Positions 13,479 through 27,542 of a stretch of 64,000 nt of DNA are shown here, piece by piece (position 1 is the first letter of the stretch; each line of letters starts with the position of its first letter). This DNA is from Ancylonema sp. (Eukaryota): contig JBFLGF010000077.1 of assembly GCA_050230475.1 (NCBI GenBank), positions 1-64,000 of the forward strand, written 5' to 3'. The notes under the pieces were generated by a model that worked only from the letters and a program-made list of their open reading frames with translations, was not told the DNA's origin and made no database searches. A program made the position numbers and the translations under genes.

Positions 13479-14678
13479 AAATGCGACGTGTGGAAAGGTG
13501 TCAGTGTATTCTCGTTCGCCTTTTTTTGCCACCCACTGTAAAATGACACCGATGCCATCTCGTTTGCGACCGGCGATCAGACGTTGCGGTCTTTGTTGTA
13601 TATTATGTATTTCTTTTGGTCTCTACTTCTAAGAGGAGGAAAGGTTTGTATGTAAAGTTGGTTGTTCACGTGCCCCGAGTGTGGCACATGGTAGTGCGGG
13701 ACTTATTCTACTATACGGTTGATATTGGGCGTGGAAAAGCTTGCGGACACAACTTATTTTTGAGCTTTACACTATCTAGACAAAGAAGGACATGTATTTT
13801 CATGGTAATATTATGCCTTCTTGGTACTACTGCTTCATCTTTACCACTTCCCCAAAAATGGAACGATAACATCACGCTTCACGAATGCTGCAAATTATGA
13901 TATTGTAATAATGTGACTTTTTTCCCACCTACTTTCCATGTTTAGGCGTACACTACGGAGTGATAACCAAGGCCTTCTAAGATCGAACAGACGTGCACTT
14001 TTTCGGGGTCAAAATACCCCCAATGAGGGCCGATACTAACTCGTTGTAGCCCGAGTGTGCGTTTTCGAGTGTCGTTTGTGCTGTTATGGGTGACTAACTA
14101 AGGGTGGGTAATCAGAAAGCCTCTGGTATCCTCCGTCTAGAGCTCTCGTCTTCCTTTTTGAGCTCCCACCCTCAGCCGACGGTCCTTCCACCGCAAGCAG
14201 TCGGCCGCAAAGCATCAAATCTTCTTCGATTTTAAAGCGGAGATGTGCACAGTGTTCCTATTTACGTGTGATTTCGGGATAAATTAGTTGATTTCCATTT
14301 GCAACGTGAAATAATACTAATACTGGTAACATAAACATGACCCCAAAATTCTCGCGACGGAGAAAAGTCGCGAAGAACCCACTCGTAGCGGGCATATTGT
14401 GTCAGCGAGTGGGGTCTCTATGCAAGCGGATGTTCTAGCAAGCGGAATTGCTAATGGGCTTTCTAGCCAACGGTCCAAGGTTGGATGACTGGGCGTAGAT
14501 GTATTTTTTGATTCTTTCCGGGTCCTCGTGTGCCACGTCGAGAGACTTAGATAGTTTTAAGCCGCTTCTAAAATTAGGCGGGAGTAAGAAGGAATTTCAG
14601 GTCTAAATTTTGGAGCTTAGAACGGAGTATGAACTTGTCATAACATCGGTTCTAAACTATATTCGTAACGTTCAAGTA

Positions 14679-15609
14679 CAGTGCTCCCTCGATATGAGGA
14701 CAAAAACAAAATTCAAAAAAACGTCCTTATATCGAGGTGTTTCTATACACTGTATATAGACGTTTAGTACCGGATTGCAGAATTTGCGTCCTTGTATAGA
14801 AGGACTTCGTGAATGAAGCAAAGTAAATAAGCAAATATGGTGTTACATGTTGCCTAGTGTAATTTGCCTTGGCATCATCATCCAATTCATTGTGCGTGTT
14901 GTGATGAAAGCCACACGAGTGCGTAATGAGACCAGTAAATTGTTACTAGCAACACATATTTAACCAATTTGCGAGGAGAGTTGGGGAGTATTAAGGTCGC
15001 ACTAAGCAACAACTTACTCGCATATTTGTTTGGACATGGAGTAAACACTATGGTCATGAGTAACAAGTGCAATTGTTGGAAGGCAAGACAAACTACTGAT
15101 ACTTTTCATGAAGGCAACGTAAACACTTCCGAATTGTGAACCACAATCAAAATACACAATTATTATACATTCCAACAAACCAAATTTATCCAAATCCTTG
15201 GTGTACGTTTTCGTGATTTGAAAAATATTACAAGATTGTAAGCAACAACATACAATATGGCATAACAAACGGACACACATACTAATACCGACATCATTTG
15301 ACTTCAAGTTGCATGAATAAAAAGTTGAACACTAGTATACACCTATACTTTTTATCACTTGCATCGACATTATTTTGTTTTATATTTTTCGTTTTTCGAT
15401 TTCCATACATCGTCACATGCGAGAAACATCGTTTTATATCACAGTAGAAGGACATTCAGTAACAAATTCCTGAAATAATTTGTCCTTATACAGAGCGTCG
15501 TTATGCTTCTATCGAGAGCGATTTTGTATTGATTTTAAAATAAATCAAAAATCTGTCCTTCTATCGAGGTTGTACTTATAAAGAGGTTCCTTATATCGAG
15601 GGAGCACTG
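14679..15609. mobile_element. Tc1/mariner-pogo-like non-autonomous element (931 bp)
   Basis: TIR CAGTGCTCCCTCGATAT(G/A)AGGA (21/22 match) at both ends, flanked by TA on both sides. Confidence 0.85.
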
Positions 15610-16346
15610 TAACTATGGCATCGCTACATGTCTTTCCTATAAGAGAAAGGGTATGACTCATACCCTTACCCCATTTTTTTATGTTGACTTGCGCCCCCAC
15701 AATGGAATTGTTCATTTTTGGTAGTAGAGATGCCTGCAATTAAACTTTTTGACAAGTTTTCACTCGTCCTTTCGATATCATCGGTGATTTTCAATAATGT
15801 TTACCGAATATAGACATTTGTACGTGCAAGTTGTCGCAAAACCAATGTTAGCCGATAGGCGCGAGCACCAATACCGCAGCCGCTCAATGTTGGTCATAGT
15901 AGCACCCAAACGGCAAAAATCGGCCCAAACGGCGTTTTCCAAACGCGGACGTCCGGCAAACGCCCAAACGTCCAAAAAAATACTTCCAAAAATATTGGTG
16001 CCCCTCAAAATTGCTCGATGCGGGGCTGGCCAAAAAATGTCGGCCGGGTTTTTCGGGTCGGGTCGGGGGGTGGGGGTACGACATTAACAAGACATGAGGA
16101 CCGCGGAACCTTACTACGAAGTCTCGCATCCGGATGAAAATCCCATGAAGCATATCAAAACGATAAGTCAACATTAGATCTACCTATCAAAAGGCATAGA
16201 AGGCATATTTTACATGCTCACTTCTCGTATCATCTTCTACACATGCAAACTCTGGCAGCGCTAGCAAGACTATACAATAATTAAGTATTTATCCGATGCG
16301 ATGCACGTTGTTGCCGCTCGTCAAATTTGTTTCACTTTAGGTACTC

Positions 16347-16813
16347 TGTTAGGATCCTCGCTACAGTCACTAGGGCTCCCTAGCGAGGTCCCCGAACTTA
16401 GTGCTAGAGCGCTACTAGCCCAGATTTCCCGATACCAAGTTCTCCCCCTTTATAGTGAGATTTGGGTCCCTAGCGGCCGCCTGGCCCCTAGGTAGTAGTT
16501 TGTTGTGTCCCTAGCTCAAGTAGTTGTGCCTTTAGCCAAATTATGTTGCGTCAGTAGCATACTTTGAGTCAGTTATCCCACATTGTTCCTAGAGTCGGAT
16601 AGGGCCGACTTTCCTATATCTAGGAGATAGGAATACCTCTAGAGCATTCCTATCAACTCATGTATTTGCACCACTCTTGAGTTTACCACTATTATTCCAA
16701 ACCAAAACCATTTCTCTTCGGCTTAGGCTATGATTGCATTCCGGCCTTGCGCCACCATACCATTTGTGCATTTGCAACTTGCTTGCTAGGGACTCTTGCA
16801 TCCGCCCCTAACA
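16347..16813. mobile_element. Possible solo LTR
   Basis: Termini TGTTAGG...CCTAACA and an internal TATAAA on the minus strand. The flanking 5-mers (TACTC/CTTTG) do not match. Confidence 0.35.
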
Positions 16814-18909
16814 CTTTGATAGGAATTAAAACTTGGGTTTATCATTTTTTGTAATCCTTGGCTCTAGGCTCTAGGCTCGCAGCACACGCCTGGTTTCTCC
16901 AACGTCTCAATGACCGAGGCAGACTTCCTCCTGGCTACAATCTAGAGCGCATGTTGGCTGGCCTCACGGAGTCCTGATGGGTGCCATCGATCTCTATGGG
17001 GACAGCATGGAGGTGAGAGGGAATATGTTGGTCACCAGATCTAGCCTGGGGGGGGATACATGGAGGGCGGGAGGGCTTGTCTAGACGAGCAGCAACCGGG
17101 TTGTTCTCAATGCTCTTGACAAAGGTAATGTACTCCGACCATATATTGGGGGGGTACCGGACTTCCAATATCTCTTGCCTGTATTTCTGGTTTGAGCTTG
17201 TCGAAGTAGGTGAAGACCGAGGTAGGTCCCCCCACCCCTCAAAAGCTCGAACCAGAGTGGTGACCTTGGTTGGAAAGTCCTCAGCTAAACGTGTGAGCTT
17301 GAGCTCTCGCAGGTGGCGTTCATTGGTCAGGCCGGAGTCCGCCTCAACGAAGCTTTCTATGGGACCGTCAAATAGAGCCTCCAGGTCATAACCGTGGGGG
17401 AGTTTGCCCCGATCATCCAAGAGCTGGCAACAACTGCCACAGGGCCCCAAAGTAGATGACAATCTTAGACCGGTCAGAAAACTTTTTAAGAGCTAGCTGA
17501 ACCATCAGGCGCACGCCAGTCACGAAGGTTGACACCTTACGAGACTCCTCAAACAACTTGTCAGGATCACGTTCAAGCATGCCAATAGAGGCTGGCTGCG
17601 GGATCGTCATAGGGGGGGGAGCTAGAGCCTGAATGTAGGCTGGTTTAGATCGGAGATGCTCCTCCATACCCTTTTGTTACACATGAAGTTTTTTTATAAG
17701 CAAATAAGAAAGCAACGTTTTCATCCGCCTTGTGAGATCTTTCGGCCCCTTCTAACTGTATGGGTTGTTAAGTGTTTAGAATGGTATCCATGGTGTGGTG
17801 TATAAAAAGGGTTTAACACAAGAAATCTTTGAAAAATAAAAGCCGAAAAGTTTTTTTCTCATTGAAGTGTTAGGGGCATGAAATGCGACTCTAGCAATAT
17901 ATATTGCAAAATGCATCAAGGAATGATGTCAAATGAGCCGGATGGATAGCGAAGGCGAAATGACCAAACGGTTGGTTTGAAATGAACTCACTATGAATAG
18001 TGCAACTACATGAGTTGATAGGAACGCTCTCAATATATTTCGATCGGCTAGGTATAGGAAACTCGACTCAAGTCATCTTAACTACAAATGTGGGATATCT
18101 CAAAACACAATGCTAGTGGCACAACACACCAAAGCTAAAGATGGCACATATGTCCTCAACCAATAACACATTAAAACTCAACACGGACACACAACTCACT
18201 CGAGAAACAACGGTACTAGTAACGCTCCAGTGCTAATTGTGGAAGCCTCGTTAGGGAACCCTGGTGATAATACTGCGGACTTAAGGGGAAAACACTTTTT
18301 CGACATTGCAAATGTAATAGATATTGTTTTCATACCATCCCTGAATGTAAAGTCAACGTGATATGAGGGGTATGCGACTGGCACATATTCGATCCCAGCG
18401 GATGATCCATGAAGAATCGAAAATGTTCCACACATGATTGTGAGTCGCGTTGCCATAATCTTCCGGTAACTCATATTTACTATAAAGTTGGGTGGAAAGT
18501 TTGTGCGGAGTTTGCCATGTAAAATGTCACTATGTCATATTGAATATTGTAAGGGGCCTTTTATTTCTCTCTATGATCCCGTATGACATAATATTTCGAC
18601 TATGTGAAGCAAGTCAGAGCTACGGACGCAGGAAGATGGTTGAGAGCCACACGCCTCAAATGAAGCAAACATAAATGATTTGAAATTTTGAGCGACATTA
18701 TTACGGAAATTATTAACGTATTATTAGGATTGATTGGTCTAATCCAATTATTTTAAAATTGGGTTGTCGTCGAACCACTAGATTATTATTTATTATAATT
18801 TGGCGTCACCAAAAATTCAAATATTATGTGTATCTTTGCTTCAATGAACAACTTCCCATTAATCATAGCGTGGGGCGGAGGGGCTATATGATTCCATGAT
18901 ACGGAACAA

Positions 18910-19452
18910 CTTTGGAAACCTCAGGACTAACATGGCCTCTCCAAAGTCTAGGATCAAGAAGGAGATCTCGGCCAATTCGGTCTCCGGGAAGCAGGGTGAT
19001 ACGTCTATAAATTCCGACTTCAAGAATGAAGTATCCTTCTTTGAGGCCGAAGTGGCTTCTCTGTAATATGATTGTTCTAACTCCGATTGTTCCAACAACT
19101 GTGTTTTTGTGGTGACAGATCAAACCCAATACATTTTGTCGCCATCACTGTGAAGATGTTACCAGGATGATAAATCGACGGCAAATTACACGACGATTTT
19201 AGTCCAACGAGGATTTTGATGTAATCCTCACAGTGATGGTGACAAATATGTTGGGTTTTACGTTATCTTAAAAACATAGACGCGGGAATAGTTAGACTAC
19301 ACAAAGGCCACCTCGACTTTGAAGGAGGATAGTTCATCTTTGAAGTCGGTATTCAGAGATGCCTCATCCTCATTGCCGGGCGCCGCATTGGCCGAGATCT
19401 CCAACTTGATCTCGGCTTTAGAGACGCCATGTCGATTTTGAGGTCTCCAAAG
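18910..19452. repeat. Long diverged inverted repeat (fold-back, ~265-bp arms, tiny loop)
   Basis: 18961-18976 GGAGATCTCGGCCAAT pairs exactly with 19387-19402. Pairing continues inward (TTTGTCGCCATCACTGTGA / TCACAGTGATGGTGACAAA) to a loop near 19180-19190. Confidence 0.8.
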
Positions 19453-20815
19453 CTACTCATAATCGTGAATGCCATATCGCCCCTTCGTCCCAAGCTGTTA
19501 TCGCTCGGAAGTTGCCCATCGAAAATAGTTTGGGGCGGAGAGGCAATATGGCATTAAATGAAACAAAAAGACACGTGACATTACGATTCTTAGCAAGGAC
19601 AGCCCCAACTTTTTTTTTTTTTTTTTTTAAAGAATTGGTTCGACGACACCCATTTATAAACAATTGGATCAAACCAATAAATCATACAAATGCCTTCTGA
19701 TTTTTTTTCGTATGAATTTTCAAATTACTTACGGTCCCTGCATTTGGGGCGCGTCGCCCTCTACCATCTTGCTATGTGCGTAACTTTGACCTGCTCTACA
19801 TACTGAAAACAAGATGTCATACGGATTCAAATAATCTATCAATATGGGCATCTAACATTATATGCATCACAACACACTGGAATTTTACGCACCAAACTCC
19901 GCACAATATTCTTAATCATATGTACATTAACTAAGAGTTATAGGGCGATTATCGCGATGTGATTCACAATCATGCGTGGAATATCTTCGATTCTACTCTG
20001 ATTATCTGATGGGATCGATTATGCGTCAGTCGCATGCCCCACCTACCATGCAAACTCACTCTACACTCGGGGATAGTACGGGAGCAGTATCCATTACATT
20101 CAAATATTTAAGGAAGCGTTTGCACAGATGCCCACATATTCGCTTTACGTGTATCCGTGTGTCTGAAAACCCGGATATAAACAGAATACCACCCAATGAC
20201 AACAAAACCTGCATACCATAAAATTTTGATTCAATGAACTAGAATAAATAAAAATGAACATTTTTTTGGTTTTTATTTAACGGTTCTTTCATACGAGTTT
20301 AAATCATTTGAGTCGATTATCTGAAATAATTTCGAGAACTTAAAACATTTTTTCTCTAAACTTGATATCATTATAAACCCACTCCAATATAGAATGACAT
20401 GACACCTCAAAAAGGGTTTCACCATGTATCCACATACCCAAGTATTAGTACAAAAAAAAAAATGGATACCATAACTATTCAACACATTAATGTGGTCAAC
20501 CATAACTCAATAATGATTTATAACAAAATGTGTCGACGAAAATTAAAAACTAATTCAGAGAAAAGTGTGACGTGCTGTTTGGAGTCGGCCGCCCGGAATG
20601 ATATTCGCAACACTTGAACTTCTCTCTTAAACTGGAGTTCTCTCTTTTGATGTCCTCACAATTATTTTTTCTCTAAATTCTGAATGTTGGTGATCTCATA
20701 TAGTCACAATCTTGTATCGATGAATGTTGGTAATATCTCATAAAGTCACAATGTGGTATTGTGATGCTTTCACTCCCCCCCCCCAGTTGCGAAATGGTAG
20801 TAAAGGAACTGGGTC

Positions 20816-20990
20816 TTAGGAGCAGCGTTCTCCCTTGTGGTCGGGGCAGAACCATGCACCTTCGAGTATTGATTTGAGCCGGGGTGTGAGACAATAGATG
20901 TGATAGCCATCATTACAGTCATCACACAATATAAGATATTTCTCATCGTTACGTGAACCGCATTGTCTGCAGAATGTGGGGTCAGAATTG
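20816..20990 (-). pseudogene. PHD finger at the C-terminus of the Gypsy integrase
   Basis: CRQC...LILCDDCNDGYHIYCLTPRL...GAWFCPDH (C4HC3 pattern with last ligand His). Directly follows the integrase C-terminal region 21015-21305 (AMRNLAIAQQRD...VYVKRQ...VQLQGKDG). Confidence 0.88.
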
Positions 20991-21418
20991 TTGAACAGAC
21001 CTGTGTCAATCTGGTCATCTTTGATGGAAAGACTGCAGGGTGAAACATTTTTCATCTGTTCCCAAGATGCGGCGTCCATCTTTGCCCTGTAACTGCACAT
21101 TTCCAGAAGGTCGGATTTGTGTAATCCGGAGGATTTGTGGATGTGTTTTGATGTCAAGTGTGCCTTTGGTTTGACGTTTAACGTAAACAGATTGATGTTT
21201 GAGGAGACGAGGGCGAGGTCGTGCCCATGCGCCTCTGTGTACACGGAAGTATTGATGTCTGTCTCGTTGTTGTGCAATGGCAAGGTTGCGCATTGCTAGA
21301 GGCATGACCTCTTCAAAAAAAAAATTGCGTTCCAGAATGAATTTTGGTAATTCTTTGAGTGCCTCAGGTAAGGGGTCATGTTCAGCTGCTTGTATATGTG
21401 CCTGAAAGATAGGATGTC

Positions 21419-21876
21419 TGTTAGAATATTTTGGATAGCCATATGTTATGCTTGCTAGTCCAGTTGTAACCGGTTACTCTAACCGGGAGCAATAGTCTAG
21501 ATGTGCCTGTATGCGGGGCCGGGCAAGTTTTGTCCCGGGCACCTGACATGTTTCCGACGCTTAGAGACGTTATTTGTTTGACGCGTCGCGATTGGTTTGT
21601 TTAGTCGTGTCAGAAATGTCCGGCATGTGCCCCGTTGACATGTAGAAGAGTTGTCAGTCAATGATAGGCCGACGGTCAATTGTGCCGACCGTCGGCACAC
21701 AACAATCTGTAAAGCGCATCGGGTATTACCATCCCCGATGCAATCACAATATTAATTCGTTCCACACACGCAACTCCTGTCTCGTTGATCATCTCAGTGA
21801 AAGAGATCCTTTTGCGTAGTTCGTTTTGTCGCCCACCTAATTATTCCGGCCAAGTCTAATCACTCAAAAGCTTATA
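21419..21876 (+). repeat. Copia 5' LTR (TG...TA)
   Basis: Direct repeat of 27543-28014. Ends ...AAAAGCTTATA. Confidence 0.93.
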
Positions 21877-21890
21877 GGTTATGGGCCCAC
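21877..21890 (+). promoter_or_regulatory. Primer-binding site GGTTATGGGCCC (half-tRNAiMet type)
   Basis: Abuts the 5' LTR and matches the internal tRNAiMet anticodon-arm PBS known from Drosophila copia/Ty5/Osser-type elements. Confidence 0.8.
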
Positions 21891-24800
21891 GTGCGGTCTA
21901 GTTCAGACGCCGTGTTGGTTAAATACTAAAGGCTCCACGCGATTTCGCTGCGGTAATCTCTGTGAACGGTATATTCTGCTGAGCGCAAATATATTCGTGG
22001 TTGTTAAGGTCTGCACGTAATTCTGTTGACATTGCGCTGCAAGCTTTCGAGCTGAGTGCTGCAGTGCAGGAATTGCACTGAGAACTCGAGCTGAGCGAGA
22101 AATTTTGTAAAATCCTAAACAATAGCTGCCACAATGACGGATAGGTCGCAAATCCCTCAGTTTACTAGAGCTGATTATACAGGATGGGCCAAGGTCAAGT
22201 ATGGGCTGGCGGACAAGAAACTGCATCGTCGTTTGGTGATGGATTGGGACAGCTTGCCGCGAAAGTGTCGCCCAGACGTTATCCTTCCATTGACACCTGA
22301 CAACGAGCTGCAATTTGCCGCCAGGGGGATCGACGTTGATGTCGAAATATTGGTCAGGGAGCAGCAGATTTCCCAGCAGCTGCTGGAGCTGGAGAAATGG
22401 GATGAAGGCAATCTGGCTGCTATGTCATACATTGTGAAGCACCTAGGTCCTTCGGAGCTGACGCACGTCACGGACTGACATAGCTGCCGGAATGTGGGAT
22501 GCCTTGAGGACATTCTACCAGGTGCAAGGTGCGATCGAGATCGCAAATACGGAAGCACTGCTGAGCGCGATCATATAGACAGAGGCGGAGGACCTCAACG
22601 TGTACGTCAAGCGTCTGCAGCAGCTGCATCAGGACATGAAGAATCTGGGGGCGCCAGTATCTCCGACGACGCAGGCGATCAACCTGCTGAACTCTTTAAA
22701 CACGCATTACAGCCCGATGGTCTCAACGCTGATGCCGTGGTCCGAGTCGTCACCACACCTCTTCACGATTCCCCACATCGTGAGTGCGCTGCTGCGCGAC
22801 GACGTGAGGAAGGAGCTGAACGAGCGTAAAAGGGGGGCGCTGCCAGGAGGTCACCAAGCGCATGGTGGACCTCGTGGGGGGGGAAATGGAGCTGGAGGTA
22901 GCGGCAGATCTGGTGGTGCACTGGAGCTGGTCGCAGAGACGCTGCAGGCGTCGAATGCTTCGGCTGCCACAAATTCGGCCACATCAGAGCGACATGCCCT
23001 TCACCAGCTCTTGGCGGAGGCCATGCCGGAGCCTGGAAATGTCACAGGTGCCACCAGGCAGGCCACCGAGCTGCTCAGTGCCCTGCGACATCCCGCCAGC
23101 AGCTGGAAATGTTGCGCACGCTACTCAGGGAAGTTCAGGGGGGAGGCAGAAGTGCAGATATTGCAACATTGTAGGGCATACGATTGAACAATGTAGAAAA
23201 AGAACATCTGACATGGCTCTAATGAATCCAGAAGCTGCTCGAAGGGCTGATGCACAAGCTAGACTTGCACGCTTTGCTGACAAACCTTTCGACGCTAATG
23301 TGGATTATTTAGCTTTCGGGTGCTTTCTCGTTCGATGTTGCTCGGGCATTCTGCTGTCTCACACAGACTCCCTGATTCTGGATTCAGGTGCTACCGACCA
23401 CATTTTCACGGAACGTGAACATTTTGTGGAGTACACACCTACCCTGAGCACGCGAAGGCCTACATCACCACTGCCGACGGCTCGTCACACAAGGTGGAGG
23501 GCACTGGTTTCGTGCACATCCGAGTGAGGACGAATGGCGACGCATTTTTTGTGCAGCCACTCAGCTCGATCCACGTCCCTACCTTTGCCTGAACCCTCGT
23601 GTCGACATCGTGCCTCGTCAGAAGAGGTGGGCTGAGCTTTCTACAGCTGCCCACGGGTCCACAATTAAAAAAGGGAAATGTGAAATGGGCTGATGTGCTG
23701 CAGCAGCCTAGTGGTCTGACACTTTGCTTGCTGCCACAGTCATGGCTGGATCTCATGATACGAGAGCAAATTTGTCCACAGGCATGGTCTGGCATCACAA
23801 ACTAGGTCACCCCAGTTCTGATGTGATGACAGATTTTGTCAGACGTGGTGACATCCCAGAGTTAAGTCAGGAAGAATTAACTGAAGTCAGGGGATGTCAG
23901 GTTTGTTGTCAGGGGAAGATGATTCAGCTCAGTCATGCTAAGGTCAGTGAGGATCTGGGGACATGCCCCAAGATGGGTCGCATTCACCTGGATCTCATTG
24001 GACCATTGTCTGTCAGTTCTGCTAACGGAGGATATACATATGCTCAGACAGGGATTGAGGTATCCACACGTCTGTCATTTGTCAGCTTGCTAAAAACAAA
24101 GGATGAAGCACTGAACCGAGCAAAAGTCACTATACAATTGCTCGAGGTCCAGTCAGGGTTGCCCCTACAGTCTATACGGACAGACAAGGGTGGGGAGTAT
24201 GTGTCTCAGGACTGGATAAACTACTGTGGGGGGAAGGGTATTGACAAGCAAACCACAGAAGCATATAGTCCTGAACAAAACGGAATCTGTGAAAGACTGA
24301 ATAGAACATTGACAGAAACGTGGCATATTAATCTGGTCAGGTCTACCGAAGTCTTATTGGGATGTGGCATTATTACATGCAAACTGGTTAAGGAACAGAA
24401 CACCCACAAAGTCGCTTTCTGTCGCTTGCTGGCAGAATCCCAATTGAAGTCTGGGAGGGAAACAACATGAAAATGAACAAAAGTCATAATTTTGGGTCCA
24501 ATACTTGAAGGTTTGGGGGGAAAAGAACAGTCAAGGGGACAAGTTTGCCCCTCGCACTTGCTTTGGGTTTCTGTTGGGGATGGCTGCGGGGAGTGCAGGC
24601 TACCAACGTCTTCGACCCCCATAGGGTGGGGTGATATCACGCATGGACGTGCGGTTCTTCGAGGAGGTGCCGGGGTACCCGAAGCTCATGGGGGGGAGAG
24701 CTCCCCAGGTTCAGGCGGCAGCAGAAAAGTACTTTTTCTACCTTTTTCCCAACCCCGAAGATGAGATGAACCAGCAGCATTCCAGCAGCAGCAGTCCACC

Positions 24801-27542
24801 CCACAGCCAGCAGCAGCAGTCCACCCCAACATGCCAGCTTCTGCAGCCGATGCCAGCAGTTCTCCAGCCAATCCCAGCACCAGCACAACCAGCAGTCCCT
24901 GAGCCAGCAGCTGCCATCGACTATCCGCACGACAACTTCCAGCCACAAGCTGCTAAGGTCCCTAACGCCACGATTGAGCTGTCCGCGACAGCCAGTCAGG
25001 GATCAACAACGCAGGAGGTGGAGATGCAGGGGAGGAGGAGGTGTGCAAGGAGGGGGTGCAAACCCAGGAGTGGGGGAGCCAGGCAGCATAGCTGATCGGG
25101 TGATGGCCAGAAGGCGAGCCAACTTTGCCGAGTATGGGGATCTCATGTGATGTGATGGGGAGGAGTTCGATGACGCACAGCTCACGCCAACTACTCAGCG
25201 ACTGGAGTGGGAGCCCAGCAGTTTCTACAGGCTTCAACGGTCCTGTGGATCCCTGGCTACCGGCAATGCGTAGCATCAAACAAGCAACCTCCTCCGAGCC
25301 ACTCACCCTCAACCATGCGGATGAGTGAGGCCAGACTGGGGGACCAGTGGGACAGGGCCATTGTGGAAGAGCCTCGCTGCCCTGGAGGACGTTCAACACC
25401 TTTGAGGGTGTGTGTACTTCCTCCAAGTAAAAAAGGTTGTGGGGTGCAGATATGTTTTTAAGGTCAAAACAACAAGGGGTTGAAAGATATAAAGTCAGAC
25501 TGGTCGCACAGGGATTCTTACAGCAAGAGGGTCTTGACTATAACGAAGTATTTGCACCAGTAATCGACAGTACATCTCTCACCCTACTCCTATCTATAGC
25601 CAACCAATCTAACTGGGAACTGGAACAGATGGACGTAATCACAGCGTTCCTGCATGGACGTCTGGAAGAAGAAGTATATATGAAAATACCACCACGTATG
25701 CATATCAAGGGGGGTGCTGAGGGAAAGGTCTTACGACTGAAGGGGGCTTTATACGGTCTATAACAGAGTAGCCACGTGTGGCAAGAGATGTTCAGAAAGT
25801 TTATGATATCTGAAGGGTTTACACAATGCGTAATGGACACATGTATATATATGAGGGGGGAAGCAGACAGTCATTCTGGGCATACATGTAGATGATCAGG
25901 TGATCACAGGTCCTAACTCAATGGTCGTCAAAACTTTTAAAGAAGATATGGGTAAAAAGTTCAAAGTCAAGGATCTGGGTCCCCTAACCCATATCCTGGG
26001 GGTGGAAGTGAAGAGGGATAGACAGAGAAGACTGCTCACACTGGGAACGACAGTCAGGTTTCTTAAGAGGGGAGTGCTTGAACGCTATGGGATGCATGAG
26101 TGTAATCCAACCAAACTCCCCCTCGCCCCTGGAACTCAATTTACACAAAATGATGAACCAACTCTTTCCCCTACCCCTGAAGAAATAACAGACTTTCGAG
26201 GGAAAGTGGGATCTCTCATATATGCCATGAAACAAACCAGACTGGACATCGGGTATGCACTTGGGGTACTGGCTAAACACATGGGAAATCCTGGGGTCGC
26301 ACACATAAGGGCGTTACATCAACTATTCAGATATCTTACAGGGACGTGAACCACGGACTGACGTTTGTGGGTAAAGACAGCTTTGAAGTAAAGGGTTACT
26401 GCGATGCATCATGGAACAGTTGCAGCATGACAGGCAAGTCAGTCACAGGATGGGTAACCACGGTTGGGGGGACAGCACTGAGTTGGAAGTCGCAGAAGCA
26501 GTCCATTGTTGCACAGAGCACTGCTGAGAGCACTGCTGAGGCTGACTGTAGTGTATCTAAAGATGCTGTTATGTCTCTCTTGAAAGAACTCGAGTTTCCA
26601 AACCAAATCACAATCCACACTGACTCCACCTCAGCGCTCTCCATGATCCAGAATCCTGTGCAAAGACAGAAAGCAAAACATTTTAATGTGGTATATCACT
26701 GGGTACGGGAATGCCATAGCACGGGGAGACTAATATATGTGTATCTTGCAGGCGCAAATCAACCAGCAGATATGCTAACTAAAGCTTTACCCCAAGTTTT
26801 ACTGGACAGACACATCAAAAGTCTAGGTTTTGGACGGTTATACTGAACTGGGGGTGTCAGTAGTTTTCTTTTATTTTTATGATCGAAGGTTTCGAATGCC
26901 ATGCATGTTGGCAGGGGGTGTGTTGTTATGTTTCTTTTCAGGCAAAGTAATGGGGAGGGTACATCAACTTCAGCTCATCCAGCTAAGTCACATCTTACCT
27001 TAATACCTTGAAAAGACACTTGAAAACGCTTAGGACACTTTAAAATCAGAAAGTGATCTGCTCAACTTTAAACTTGTCAGTTTAATGTTTTGAATTTTCG
27101 AATGTATGTCTTAATCATTGTTGCAAAACTTGTTTCAAAAGTTGGTGCTGATAAGACTGGTAATTTTGAAGTTATGCTGTTTTGAGATTTTTCTGACTGG
27201 AAAGTGGAAGTAAAGTAATCGTGAAGTTGAAAAAAATAAAAAATCAAACATATTTTCATAAGTTTTTTTGTTTTTCGCCTAACTTGTGGTATTTGTTTGT
27301 ATGTTCAGGGACTAAGGATCTGGAGCGATCGACTTCTGGAGTTCCGATCGGCTTCCGATCGTCTTCCGATCGTCTACGGCTGCATTTGTCGGATAGAATC
27401 CCCTAGCTAGCACGCTTGTATGCTAGGGAAGACCAAAACTGTTATATGTTATGCAATGGTTCTGCCATGATTTGGCAATGACTTGGGTACTTCTTTTGAT
27501 GTCTGCATCTATGCCAACTTTAGCATGGCATCCGAGGGGGTG

